Assembly (NCBI GenBank): GCA_020057295.1
Contig: JAGVGF010000001.1
Location: 1 to 64,000, forward strand
Direction of reading: 5' to 3'
From: an archaeon
GTDB taxonomy: Archaea; Nanobdellota; Nanobdellia; Woesearchaeales; UBA9642
Length of the DNA: 64,000 bases
This document shows, one piece after another, positions 1 to 9,143 of this stretch (positions are counted from its first letter, which is position 1; every line of letters starts with the position of its first letter). The notes below the pieces were generated by a model that saw only the letters and a program-made list of their open reading frames with translations, did no database searches and had not been told where the DNA came from. The translations under genes and the position numbers were made by a program.

Positions 1-46
1 ATATTTACCAGAAAATAATTAAAAGAAAAAATTGATTAAATATGCT

Positions 47-1255
47 CTATCTAATTACGCCTATGGCATAATTTTCTCTCGAGAATATTTCACTTGCAAG
101 TCTTTTTACATATTCTAAATCTAATCCTTTAATTTCGTGTAATAATTCTTCATGGTAGTTTCTTCTGCCTCTTGTCATTGAGAAAAATGTACTCTTAGCC
201 ATTTCTAGATTTGATTCATTACTTATTACTAGTTGACCTGCTATTTTGGATTTTAATAATTCTAATTGTTCCTGTGAAATTCTGTGCGATATATTCGCGC
301 ATTCTTCTATAACTAACTCTTCTATTTGAGGAATATTTTCTTTTTGACATAATACAAACACTCTCCAATCCCCTACTGTAGAATAGAATTCATAGCCTGA
401 TTTTATTCCATATGCAAGTGCGTGTTTTGTTCTAACAGTCTTAAAAATTTCACTTGTCGGGCCGTTACCTAGAATAGAATCTATAACCATCACTGCAGCT
501 TCTTTCTTCAAGTTCATATCTCTAACTTGATATCCTATAGATATCATACCTTGTTTTGTATTTCGGTTATGCTCTGTAAAAACTCTGCCTTCTATTTGTG
601 GAATTTGATTGTAAGATTCCCTTACGCCGCCTTTTTGTAGATTATATAAAGATACTAATCTGACGAGTTCATCATGATTTACTTCACCGACAGCGCATAT
701 TATCATATTGCTACCAACATAGTTTGCATTATGCGCGTTTAAAATATCCTCTCTTGTAAATAATTTTATAGAATCTCTAGTTCCTCTTATCGGTCTTGAT
801 AAAGGATGGCCTTTGTATAATGATTCAGAAATTACTTGATGCATATCCATTTCAATAGTTTCTTCAGACATTGTTATTTCTTTAGATATTACTTCTTTTT
901 CTCTTGCTATGGATTCGTCACTCATTATAGGATTTATTAAACAATCCATTGCGACATCTATTGCTGTAGGTAATTCTTCTGATAAAAAATTTGCATAAAT
1001 ATATGTGCGTTCTTTTCCTGTTGATGCTTGGACAGTGCCTCCACTTTTTTCTAAGTCTCGGAATACTGTTTCCATGCTAGGTCTTTTTTCTGACCCTGAT
1101 ACCATTAAATGTTCAAAGAAATGTGCAAGTCCTAGTTTACCTTCTAAATCGTGTAATGATCCGTATTTTACACCAGCTACAAGACCTACGGTATGACTTT
1201 GTCTATACTTTGTTATGATTGTAATGCCGTTGTTTAGAATAGTTATATTTTCCAT
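47..1255 (-). CDS. M16 (pitrilysin/insulinase) family zinc peptidase
   Basis: Inverted zinc motif HxxEH in GLAHFFEHL, plus 'REKEVISKEI' and 'VRTKHALAY' segments typical of M16B peptidases; 402 aa. Confidence 0.92.
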   Translation of the reverse strand: MENITILNNGITIITKYRQSHTVGLVAGVKYGSLHDLEGKLGLAHFFEHLMVSGSEKRPSMETVFRDLEKSGGTVQASTGKERTYIYANFLSEELPTAIDVAMDCLINPIMSDESIAREKEVISKEITMSEETIEMDMHQVISESLYKGHPLSRPIRGTRDSIKLFTREDILNAHNANYVGSNMIICAVGEVNHDELVRLVSLYNLQKGGVRESYNQIPQIEGRVFTEHNRNTKQGMISIGYQVRDMNLKKEAAVMVIDSILGNGPTSEIFKTVRTKHALAYGIKSGYEFYSTVGDWRVFVLCQKENIPQIEELVIEECANISHRISQEQLELLKSKIAGQLVISNESNLEMAKSTFFSMTRGRRNYHEELLHEIKGLDLEYVKRLASEIFSRENYAIGVIR

Positions 1256-1350
1256 AGGTTTAAATTATAATCATGCTTTATATTTTTTACTATTATAAAG
1301 AATAAAAACTTAGAAATGTATTATTAAAATTAAAAGAAAAAAATAAGAAA

Positions 1351-1923
1351 TTAGTTGGCGTGACCGCCAGCTGCTTTGTTGCTTGGTCTTGACTTCTCAT
1401 AACCAAAGCCCTTTCCACGTAGACCTCTTGATTTTCTTGCAGCGGATGTTATTCCTCTGTAGACTCTTCCAGTCTGTGTGATTATTCCATGATATATCTC
1501 ATCTTTCTGTATTACCGGATTAGTTCTATCTAATAGAATAATTTCATACCATGCTGAAAGTCCGTCTTTACCTACGAAATAACTGTTTAATACTTCACAA
1601 TTTGGAAACTTTTCGTTTGCTCTCTCTTCGGCTACTAATTGATAATTTTTAGCTAAATTCTTTTGTTGATAATTGTGTGCAGTTCTACGACCAGATCTTA
1701 TGCTAGGTCTCATTCTGCCTCCTCTATCAACTCTTTGTCTAACAACAATTACGCCCTGTTTAGCTCTATATCCTAAAGAACGTGCCTTGTCGATTCTAGT
1801 TGGTTTAACTATTCTAACAGTTGTATCTTGAGAACGCCATTCTGTCATTCGTTTCCTTTGAAACTCTTTAAATTCTGGACTAGAACCCATCCAAATATTT
1901 TTTACGTGTTTATATAATCCCAT
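1351..1923 (-). CDS. rpl15e: 50S ribosomal protein L15e
   Basis: PTRIDKARSLGYRAKQG and EVLNSYFVGKDG motifs. Start moved from the ORF-track GTG (1953) to ATG 1923 (MGLYK), which has GGAGG upstream. Confidence 0.97.
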   Translation of the reverse strand: MGLYKHVKNIWMGSSPEFKEFQRKRMTEWRSQDTTVRIVKPTRIDKARSLGYRAKQGVIVVRQRVDRGGRMRPSIRSGRRTAHNYQQKNLAKNYQLVAEERANEKFPNCEVLNSYFVGKDGLSAWYEIILLDRTNPVIQKDEIYHGIITQTGRVYRGITSAARKSRGLRGKGFGYEKSRPSNKAAGGHAN

Positions 1924-2034
1924 TTTATTTAGCCTCCATTCGGATGAACTCACGTTTTCGTGAGGACATCACTTTTTACAAGATTTTTCGTAAAAATCTT
2001 TCAGATTCAGGTAAGCAATTACCCACAACTCTGA
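1924..2034 (-). promoter_or_regulatory. Structured 5' leader of rpl15e (candidate eL15 autoregulatory leader)
   Basis: Three stem-loops: GATG-aa-CTCACG/CGTGAG-ga-CATC (1943-1970), AAGATTTTT/AAAAATCTT (1980-2000) and GGTAA/TTACC (2010-2023). A TATA box lies ~25 nt upstream. Confidence 0.6.
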
Positions 2035-2057
2035 TACAATAAAGAACTAAAACTTCA

Positions 2058-2072
2058 TTTATAAAGGTTTTT
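2058..2072 (-). promoter_or_regulatory. BRE/TATA promoter for rpl15e
   Basis: Minus strand reads AAAAACC-TTTATAAA, placing the TSS near 2034 at the start of the structured leader. Confidence 0.6.
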
Positions 2073-2141
2073 GATTTGTACAATCTTAATTTCATAACTT
2101 TTTTAAATTAGTTCGAAGTTTTTATGTGAAAGGTGATTTAT

Positions 2142-2504
2142 ATGGAAAATGCAGAAAACCCAAACGCAGCAGTAGACAAGGTTAATGAATCTGTTTCTTT
2201 AGGCGGAAATATTGAATTAATAGGATTCAAACAAGTAAGTTTAGCAGATGTAGTAGTAGTAAAGAAATTAGTCGGACACTACACTAGAAAGATACAAGAA
2301 CACTCTCAAAATTTTGAGAAGATACAAATAATATTAAAAGAGATACATAAAGTAGAAGATAATTCTAAAAATGAAATACATGTTAAAGCATTAGATAATG
2401 GTAAAGCATTTAGTTCAGAAGTTGTTGACAAAAACTTATTTATAGCATTAGACAGTGCGTTAAAGAAAGTTTTAGGTGAAGTAACACATCACAACAAGAG
2501 ATAA
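2142..2504 (+). CDS. Hypothetical protein, possibly HPF/RaiA (S30AE)-like ribosome-associated fold
   Basis: Beta-alpha-beta-beta-beta-alpha pattern ending 'DKNLFIALDSALKKV', reminiscent of HPF 'DLYAAIDxAxxKL'. ATG 2142 has AGGTGA upstream. Confidence 0.5.
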   Translation: MENAENPNAAVDKVNESVSLGGNIELIGFKQVSLADVVVVKKLVGHYTRKIQEHSQNFEKIQIILKEIHKVEDNSKNEIHVKALDNGKAFSSEVVDKNLFIALDSALKKVLGEVTHHNKR

Positions 2505-2507
2505 ATT

Positions 2508-3167
2508 TTATTCTTTATCTTTTTTCTTTGATTTTTTTTCAGCATATTTTTCTATATCTTCAGCAGTTAATATTTTATGTAATGGTGGCTTATAGGCTGG
2601 TATTATATAATATAATACTATTGATATAAGATTTGCTAAGATAAATATTATTACACATGCGAATACAGTTGTCCACTCTAGAAGAATATTAGAATATACT
2701 ATAATAATTCCGAGTAATCCTATTAAATTAATATATGCTGGTGAAGATATTGTATAAGCAATCCTTTTTGGTAAGAAATGAAAAAAATCTACAAATACCA
2801 GTATAAACCCTAATATTAAAATTCCTAATGGTATAATTATCTTAATATTATCTGTAGTAAATATAAACCCCTGTATAGTTTCTCCAGATGGTTCGTATAG
2901 TTTTCTAAATAAATCTATGGCTACAAATAATAATACTAATGCATTTCCATAAGCAGTATTCCATCCTAGTTCTTCATCTTTATGTCTGCCAAAATAAAAT
3001 TCCATCAATATTAACGTAGCAAGTAATGGCAAGAGCATCCATAACATATTTTCATACTGAAATGGTGCTGAAAGAATCTCGGTAGTTCTAGTATAAAAAT
3101 CTGTGAGTAAATAATTCCAAGAATTACTGACAAATATGGTTACTGAACTAATTGTTTCATTAAACAT
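2508..3167 (-). CDS. Multi-pass membrane protein of unknown function
   Basis: 219 aa with about 5 hydrophobic segments and a Lys-rich tail. Confidence 0.75.
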   Translation of the reverse strand: MFNETISSVTIFVSNSWNYLLTDFYTRTTEILSAPFQYENMLWMLLPLLATLILMEFYFGRHKDEELGWNTAYGNALVLLFVAIDLFRKLYEPSGETIQGFIFTTDNIKIIIPLGILILGFILVFVDFFHFLPKRIAYTISSPAYINLIGLLGIIIVYSNILLEWTTVFACVIIFILANLISIVLYYIIPAYKPPLHKILTAEDIEKYAEKKSKKKDKE

Positions 3168-3243
3168 CTTAATCTCTCGTATAGCTTATTTATATACTTT
3201 TTCAAAACACAAACTTTTTTAATAAGTTAAAAGGATATGTACG

Positions 3244-4443
3244 ATGGTTGAAGCTAGAATACTTCTTATATTGTCTGTAATGTTAATATTTGCTGTTGTT
3301 GGTTATCTAATTTCTAAAAAATTAAGACAACCAGCGACAATATTTATGATATTATTAGGCATAATACTAGGTGGTAGTGTTTTAGGTTTAGTACATTATG
3401 ACTCTACTCTGGCTGTAATTGCACAAATTGGTAGTATAATCTTAATGTTTGTTGCTGGATTAAATTCTAATATTAAAGAAATATTTAGTAGAAAAAATTT
3501 TCTTGTAGCACTATTCGGAGCAATTCTTCCATTAATTGGAGGATTTATAGTATCACGAGCATTCGGCTATCCTTTGTATGAATCGATATTTGTTGGAGCA
3601 ACATTAACAGCCACATGTCTAGGAATAACAACTGCATTATTAAAAGAACTTGGAAAAATAAAGACTGAAACAGCCAAGATAATGATTGGTGCAGCAGTTA
3701 TAGACGACATAATAAGTCTAACTATATTATCTATGGTTCTAAGTGTGCCTTCTAATACAACAGCATTTAATGTAGCATTTAATATTTTATTAGTTATTGT
3801 GTTTGTAGTATTAATGGTACTATTTGGTGAGGGATTATTAACTAAAATATTAGATTATTTTAACGATAAGGTAATTAAACACAGTCCGAAATTGACTTTT
3901 GTTCTTGGACTAAGTATGGTTTTCTTGTTTAGTTATTTATCGTATGTTCTTGGACTTGCGCCAATAACAGGAGCGTTTCTTGTAGGAGTATCGCTTGCTA
4001 GAAGCAGAGCCGTAAATATTTTAATGGCCGGAAGCGAATATTTTGAAATAATATTTACCTCAATATTCTTTATAACAATAGGAATAATTGTTGAAGTAAA
4101 AGCATTTTATACACTATTTTGGTTTATCATAGCATTAACAATTGTTGCAATATTAACTAAGCTACTTGGAAGTGGAGTATCATCATATAAGTTAGGATTA
4201 AAACCTAAAGACGCATTAATTGTGGGTGTGGGAATGGTTCCGCGTGGAGAAGTAGCATTTATTATAGCACTGAACGGATTATTGCTCGGAGTTATAAGTA
4301 CGGAAATTTATAGTGCTATAGTATTTATGAGTTTTCTAACAACAATAATAACTTTAATATTATTAAAAATGTTGTATGAGAAAAGTTCTAGCGGTAGTGA
4401 TGACGAACACGTAGAATTTATAGATTTGAAAATAAAACGATAA
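3244..4443 (+). CDS. Cation:proton antiporter (CPA2, NapA/KefB-like)
   Basis: About 12 TM segments; GAAVIDDI and GMVPRGEVA signature motifs. Confidence 0.93.
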   Translation: MVEARILLILSVMLIFAVVGYLISKKLRQPATIFMILLGIILGGSVLGLVHYDSTLAVIAQIGSIILMFVAGLNSNIKEIFSRKNFLVALFGAILPLIGGFIVSRAFGYPLYESIFVGATLTATCLGITTALLKELGKIKTETAKIMIGAAVIDDIISLTILSMVLSVPSNTTAFNVAFNILLVIVFVVLMVLFGEGLLTKILDYFNDKVIKHSPKLTFVLGLSMVFLFSYLSYVLGLAPITGAFLVGVSLARSRAVNILMAGSEYFEIIFTSIFFITIGIIVEVKAFYTLFWFIIALTIVAILTKLLGSGVSSYKLGLKPKDALIVGVGMVPRGEVAFIIALNGLLLGVISTEIYSAIVFMSFLTTIITLILLKMLYEKSSSGSDDEHVEFIDLKIKR

Positions 4444-4485
4444 ATCTTAGTATTATAAATTTAAAAATAGAAATAAATATTTAAC

Positions 4486-5064
4486 TTAATCTAAGAATAT
4501 GTAATGTTTCTCTTCTCTCTCTAATTCTTTTAGGATTCTCTTGATTATTATCTTTTCTGGGTCAGGCATTAGCTTAACGCGTTCTTTTAGATCTATGAAA
4601 CTTTTGAATGGTTCTCCTCTTCGCTCTTCTAATATTTGCCACATATGTTTTTTTCCAAGACCGGGTAATAATTCTAGACTATGCATTCTTGTACTTAATG
4701 GCTGTGCCTTATTGAAGAATTCAACGAATTTTTCTTGATTTTCTCTGACAATTTTTTGTACTATTGGCTCTATTTCTGCCTTTGCAGTTGGTGTAAGCCT
4801 GTTTAATTGTAATCTTCCATTAATATGATGAATCTTATCTCTCTCTTTTTCTCCAATGTATACATCTTCAGATGGTTGTAAGAATATATCTTTTTTTGGA
4901 ACTAATTCTAATAATGTGAAATTGTTTTTCCCAATTGCTTGAACTATTGCTGTTTTTTTAAACATTGGTCTATCATCATTACTATATCCATTCGGCAAGA
5001 AATCTAAGACTATAGCGAACTCTTCCTTATTCTTCGTATCTTGAGTGTTTTCCATGTTCCCCAC
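4486..5064 (-). CDS. DUF655 family putative RNA-binding protein
   Basis: IVLDFLP, FTLLEL and RMHSLELLPGLGKK (HhH) motifs; conserved position after rpoF. Confidence 0.92.
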   Translation of the reverse strand: MGNMENTQDTKNKEEFAIVLDFLPNGYSNDDRPMFKKTAIVQAIGKNNFTLLELVPKKDIFLQPSEDVYIGEKERDKIHHINGRLQLNRLTPTAKAEIEPIVQKIVRENQEKFVEFFNKAQPLSTRMHSLELLPGLGKKHMWQILEERRGEPFKSFIDLKERVKLMPDPEKIIIKRILKELEREEKHYIFLD

Positions 5065-5125
5065 CGATTATACTATAGTTTTTTACCTATGAATATATAA
5101 ATTTTGTGCCCTCATTAGTAAGAAC

Positions 5126-5482
5126 TTACTTTTTTTTGGGCAGATATTCTGCCAATATTTCAAGAACTTTATCTAAATTATCATTAGTTACAGTCAAAGA
5201 ATAACTTTGAATTACATTCTTTAATTCAGTCATATTCTGTGGCGTTAAATCTATAATCTTTAATATGTATGCATCTCTTAATCTAGGAATATTTAATTTT
5301 TGTATTTTTGCAAACATTTCATCTGCATCCTTCTGTTTAACAATTTTTAATACTTCTAATTGTTCTGAAACCTTTGCTGTTCTGAATCCTAATTCAGTAT
5401 CTCTCTTCTTGATTTCTTTTAATTCTTCCTTCAATTCAGCCATGCTGATCGGTCTTTCTTCAACAACTTTTATTTCAGGCAT
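5126..5482 (-). CDS. rpoF: DNA-directed RNA polymerase subunit F (Rpo4)
   Basis: 'PISMAELKEEL...ELGFRT...KIIDLTP' Rpb4-like pattern; located between rpl21e and DUF655; start overlaps the rpl21e stop (TAATG). Confidence 0.88.
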   Translation of the reverse strand: MPEIKVVEERPISMAELKEELKEIKKRDTELGFRTAKVSEQLEVLKIVKQKDADEMFAKIQKLNIPRLRDAYILKIIDLTPQNMTELKNVIQSYSLTVTNDNLDKVLEILAEYLPKKK

Positions 5483-5775
5483 TACTTCACCTTGATTAAA
5501 TGTACTGGATGAACAATCAATGTCTTGTCTTTACCAAGATCATTTATTTTAACTTCATAACATGTGCCCTTCTTTCTAAGTACAACTGCATTTTTACCCA
5601 TAAACTTAGGTCTATACATACCTTTCTGATATGCTGGTTCTACAGATAAGTATACTTTATCCCCTACATCAAATTTTTGTAAGAATTTTCTAATACTAAT
5701 CTTACCTTTTAAACCGTGATCTTTCTTGAACTTGTGTCTAGTTCTTTTTCTGAAACCATCCATTCTAGTAGTCAT
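5482..5775 (-). CDS. rpl21e: 50S ribosomal protein L21e
   Basis: GFRKRTRHKFKK, GDKVYL and KTLIVHPVHL motifs. Confidence 0.96.
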   Translation of the reverse strand: MTTRMDGFRKRTRHKFKKDHGLKGKISIRKFLQKFDVGDKVYLSVEPAYQKGMYRPKFMGKNAVVLRKKGTCYEVKINDLGKDKTLIVHPVHLIKVK

Positions 5776-5848
5776 ACTAATACCTCATAAACGTTAATAC
5801 CCTGAGAAACAAGGATTTATTTATAAATGTTTTGTACGTTATTTATGC

Positions 5849-6346
5849 TTATTTGAGCAAGTCGTTATAGTCTTTATGAACTTCTAAATCATGTTTGTTT
5901 AAATAGTTCTCAAGTTTTACAGTAAACAAGTGATGTTTATCTTTTGTTAAAACTTTAGAATGCGTTTTCATTGCAATTGCCATTAATACAGCATCACTTG
6001 CATCTGGAATCTCCGTTAATAATTCTGGATCAATACTGTTAACAAAATCCTTTTCACCCTGCCTATCTCCTGGATGAACATTAGCACTAATTATTGTTAA
6101 TTGCGGATGTTTTTTAATCAATCTTCGCATATTTTCTCTAACACGTTCATCAACTTTATGATCATTATAAATAAATTCTTCAGCATTAAATGATGTTATC
6201 CCGACATTAAACTTATCTAACAACTCTTTTAATTGATGTTCCTTCTGATGTTCAAAAGTGTGTATAATAAAACACGTATCTAGTAATACATAATCTTTAG
6301 CGTTGTTCATATCGACGTGTTTTAATTGTTCAATTAGTTCTTTCAT
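5849..6346 (-). CDS. PIN-domain protein
   Basis: VLLDTCF (first Asp), EEF, SDAVLMAIA and VLTKDKHHL match the PIN acidic-residue pattern. Confidence 0.8.
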   Translation of the reverse strand: MKELIEQLKHVDMNNAKDYVLLDTCFIIHTFEHQKEHQLKELLDKFNVGITSFNAEEFIYNDHKVDERVRENMRRLIKKHPQLTIISANVHPGDRQGEKDFVNSIDPELLTEIPDASDAVLMAIAMKTHSKVLTKDKHHLFTVKLENYLNKHDLEVHKDYNDLLK

Positions 6347-6366
6347 TAGAATAAAATTCTTTGAGG

Positions 6367-6897
6367 TTATATATTAAGGTTGCTATTCTTAAATTCTTTT
6401 AGATATGCTTTGTAATCATCATCACTATATAGAACTAATGTCACTTCCTTAACATTTTTTGGTTTATAATTTTTTAAAACTTCGTGTACTATTTTTACTG
6501 CTATCTGTATAGGAACATCGTATGATCCTGTAGAAATTGAAGGAAATGCTATGCTCTGTAATTTATGTTCATCTGCAATCTTTAGAGAATTTTCATAACA
6601 TTCAGCTAATAAACTTATATCATCTTGACCATATATTGGTCCTACAGTATGAATTACATTTTTACTTGGAAGATTAAATCCAGATGTTATTACGGCTTCT
6701 CCTGTTTGTAACCCTTTAAGATGAGTGTTCTTTCTTATTTTTATACATTCATCAAGAAGTTCTGGACCTGCTGCTCTATGTATTGCTCCATCAACTCCTC
6801 CACCACCAAATAATGTTCTATTAGCAGCATTAACTATAGCATCTACTTGTAAACGCGTAATATCTCCTCTTATTATTTTAATATTCATCTTAATCAC
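6367..6897 (-). CDS. Macrodomain protein (O-acetyl-ADP-ribose deacetylase / YmdB-MacroD-like)
   Basis: GDIT, AIVNAAN, GGGGVDGAIHRAAG, VIHTVGP and AFPSISTG motifs. Confidence 0.95.
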   Translation of the reverse strand: MIKMNIKIIRGDITRLQVDAIVNAANRTLFGGGGVDGAIHRAAGPELLDECIKIRKNTHLKGLQTGEAVITSGFNLPSKNVIHTVGPIYGQDDISLLAECYENSLKIADEHKLQSIAFPSISTGSYDVPIQIAVKIVHEVLKNYKPKNVKEVTLVLYSDDDYKAYLKEFKNSNLNI

Positions 6898-6906
6898 TCT
6901 ATTTTT

Positions 6907-7899
6907 TTATTCTGGTTTATCGATTTTTGGATATATTCCTCGATCCATAAATACTTGTTCAGTCTTTAAGACTATTCCCCTTTCACTCTTTAGAATTTCA
7001 TCAGTGCTCATCAAGGCTTTCCCTACAAGTATTAATTCATCTTTTAATGTAAATACAGCAACAAAATCTTCTTTATCAATTTCTTTTTCTAACTTTACTA
7101 CTCCAGGAACTTTTAAATATGCTCCAGAACATAAACTATTAACTGTTGTATCCATTACATATATCTTTCTTAAATGTGAAACGGCAAATTCGGGAGTTAC
7201 TATGATATTTCGTAATTTTGTATCATCATGTTCTTGTTTATAATAATGATATGCATCCGTTAAATCTTGTAATGTTATAATATTATTTTCTGTAAATGGA
7301 CCTGCTTTGCTTCTTCGTAATTCAACCATGTGTGCACTAGTGTCCATGTATTGTCCAAAATCGTGACACCATTTCCTAACATAAGTTCCTGCCTGACATC
7401 CCATCTTAAACATTACATCTCGTCCATCAATATCTAATACTTCAACGTAATAGACATTTCTTTCTCTTAATTGTCTTTTCACAGCACTTTTTACAGGAGG
7501 CATTTGCATTAATTTTCCTTGAAATTTTTTGACTGAATCAATAATTTTACCTTCTGGAATATCTTCGTGAATATGCATTATACCAACATATTCTTTACCA
7601 GCAGTAAGTAATGATTGCATTATCCTTGTTGCATTCTGTAACCCTACTGGAAGTACTCCTGTAACTCCAGGATCTAATGTTCCTGAATGTCCTGCTTTAT
7701 CTAAATGTAAAATATCTTTTACAAATCCAGAAATTTGATGACTTGTTGGACCTGCTGGCTTATCAATATTAACCATTCCAAACTTTAACATTTCATCAGT
7801 CGTTCTATCTTCAGGTCTTTTTCCGAATTTTCCAGAACTAGCGTACTCTCTCTTAATAACTAATGAACGATCCATATTCTCAAACGGTAATTTAGACAT
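6907..7899 (-). CDS. cbf5: H/ACA RNA-guided pseudouridine synthase Cbf5
   Basis: DKPAGPTSH, GHSGTLDP (catalytic Asp), GTYVRK and a C-terminal PUA domain ending 'GIYPK'. Confidence 0.97.
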   Translation of the reverse strand: MSKLPFENMDRSLVIKREYASSGKFGKRPEDRTTDEMLKFGMVNIDKPAGPTSHQISGFVKDILHLDKAGHSGTLDPGVTGVLPVGLQNATRIMQSLLTAGKEYVGIMHIHEDIPEGKIIDSVKKFQGKLMQMPPVKSAVKRQLRERNVYYVEVLDIDGRDVMFKMGCQAGTYVRKWCHDFGQYMDTSAHMVELRRSKAGPFTENNIITLQDLTDAYHYYKQEHDDTKLRNIIVTPEFAVSHLRKIYVMDTTVNSLCSGAYLKVPGVVKLEKEIDKEDFVAVFTLKDELILVGKALMSTDEILKSERGIVLKTEQVFMDRGIYPKIDKPE

Positions 7900-7934
7900 A
7901 AAATATTAGAATAAGATATTATTTATAAAATTGG

Positions 7935-9053
7935 TTATTTTAATCGTAATGTCATAAATTCTGTGAATTCTTCAAGAAATTGCATCCGCTCTTCACAGAA
8001 ACCTTTAGAAGGATATGTTACTTGATGTAATTTACTCTTTGCGGCTTGAACATATTTGGATGCTACTTCGCGTGCATATCTTATAGCGCAATGTTTAGTC
8101 ATTATACTTATTACTTGATCAATTTCTTCTGTTGATGCATCGCTCTTGCCTATTATAGAATCTAATATTTTTCTTTCGCTAGGCTTTGCACGCTCTCTAG
8201 TCTTTATTGCTATTAATGTATGTTTTCCTTTACGAATATCGGAACCATAAGTATTTCCTTTAGCATCGTTATTTGTTAAATCCATCATATCATCTTGTAA
8301 TTGAAATGCTATTCCCATATTTAATCCATAATCTCTAAGCAATTCTAATCTGCCATTACTCACATTTGCGAGTATTCCACCAATTTCTGCAGCAACACCG
8401 AACAAATTACCTGTCTTTAACGTAACCATTTCAATATATGCTGGTTCAGTCATTTTTTCTAAGCTTCTTAATTCTTGATATAAATCAGATACTTGTCCAA
8501 TATTCACACGAACATCGGCTGCATTCAATACTTTTAACGCTTCAAATTTTAGTGTGTCATCAAAATTTGTATTTATTAATGCATCTATTGACATTCCACG
8601 GGTGAGATTTCCGACAAGTATTGTTTGACTTACTGTATGTCTTGATTGTAAACTATTAAATAATAATCCTCTATAATCCGTACTATTAACTTTTGAAAAT
8701 GAATTTTGAAATGTTCCAACCATATTAACTTTGCCCCTACGTTTAGAATCCTCATCCATTATATCATCATGCATTAATGTATAATTATGTAATAATTCTA
8801 GAGCAATAGATGCTTTATACGCTTCTTCACTGGTTTTAGCTGTTAATAATTCATAAACTGCAATCATTAATGCAGGTCTTAATCTTTTACCGCCAAGCAT
8901 TATTTGCTCAGAAATGTACGTGTAATTTTTTCTAGAATCAGAAGGCTTTGCAAAATGTACGTATTTATCTAAGAATGGTGTTAATTGCTTATCAACAATT
9001 ATTCTGTAACTTTCCAGTTTTTCCTTAAATCCCTTAGGTGTTTCTTCAGACAT
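7935..9053 (-). CDS. idsA: trans-polyprenyl diphosphate synthase (IdsA/GGPP synthase-like)
   Basis: GGKRLRP, FARM HDDIMD..KRRG, KTG, SARM FQLQDDMMD and DIRKGK motifs. Confidence 0.9.
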   Translation of the reverse strand: MSEETPKGFKEKLESYRIIVDKQLTPFLDKYVHFAKPSDSRKNYTYISEQIMLGGKRLRPALMIAVYELLTAKTSEEAYKASIALELLHNYTLMHDDIMDEDSKRRGKVNMVGTFQNSFSKVNSTDYRGLLFNSLQSRHTVSQTILVGNLTRGMSIDALINTNFDDTLKFEALKVLNAADVRVNIGQVSDLYQELRSLEKMTEPAYIEMVTLKTGNLFGVAAEIGGILANVSNGRLELLRDYGLNMGIAFQLQDDMMDLTNNDAKGNTYGSDIRKGKHTLIAIKTRERAKPSERKILDSIIGKSDASTEEIDQVISIMTKHCAIRYAREVASKYVQAAKSKLHQVTYPSKGFCEERMQFLEEFTEFMTLRLK

Positions 9054-9143
9054 TTACTTAACTCCACTCACCTCTGAATGGATTTTATAAGCCATTAAAA
9101 AGTTAATTGTTTTACAAATAGTATGATTTTTTGAATGTTGTCT

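Noticed and set aside
1924-1953. N-terminal extension MSSSEWRLNK of L15e
   Set aside because: It falls within the leader hairpin and SD; L15e homologs begin around MGLYK.
6725-7243. 172-aa plus-strand ORF and the many other short antisense or alternate-frame ORFs within long genes
   Set aside because: They shadow well-supported genes on the opposite strand or frame and have no recognisable motifs.
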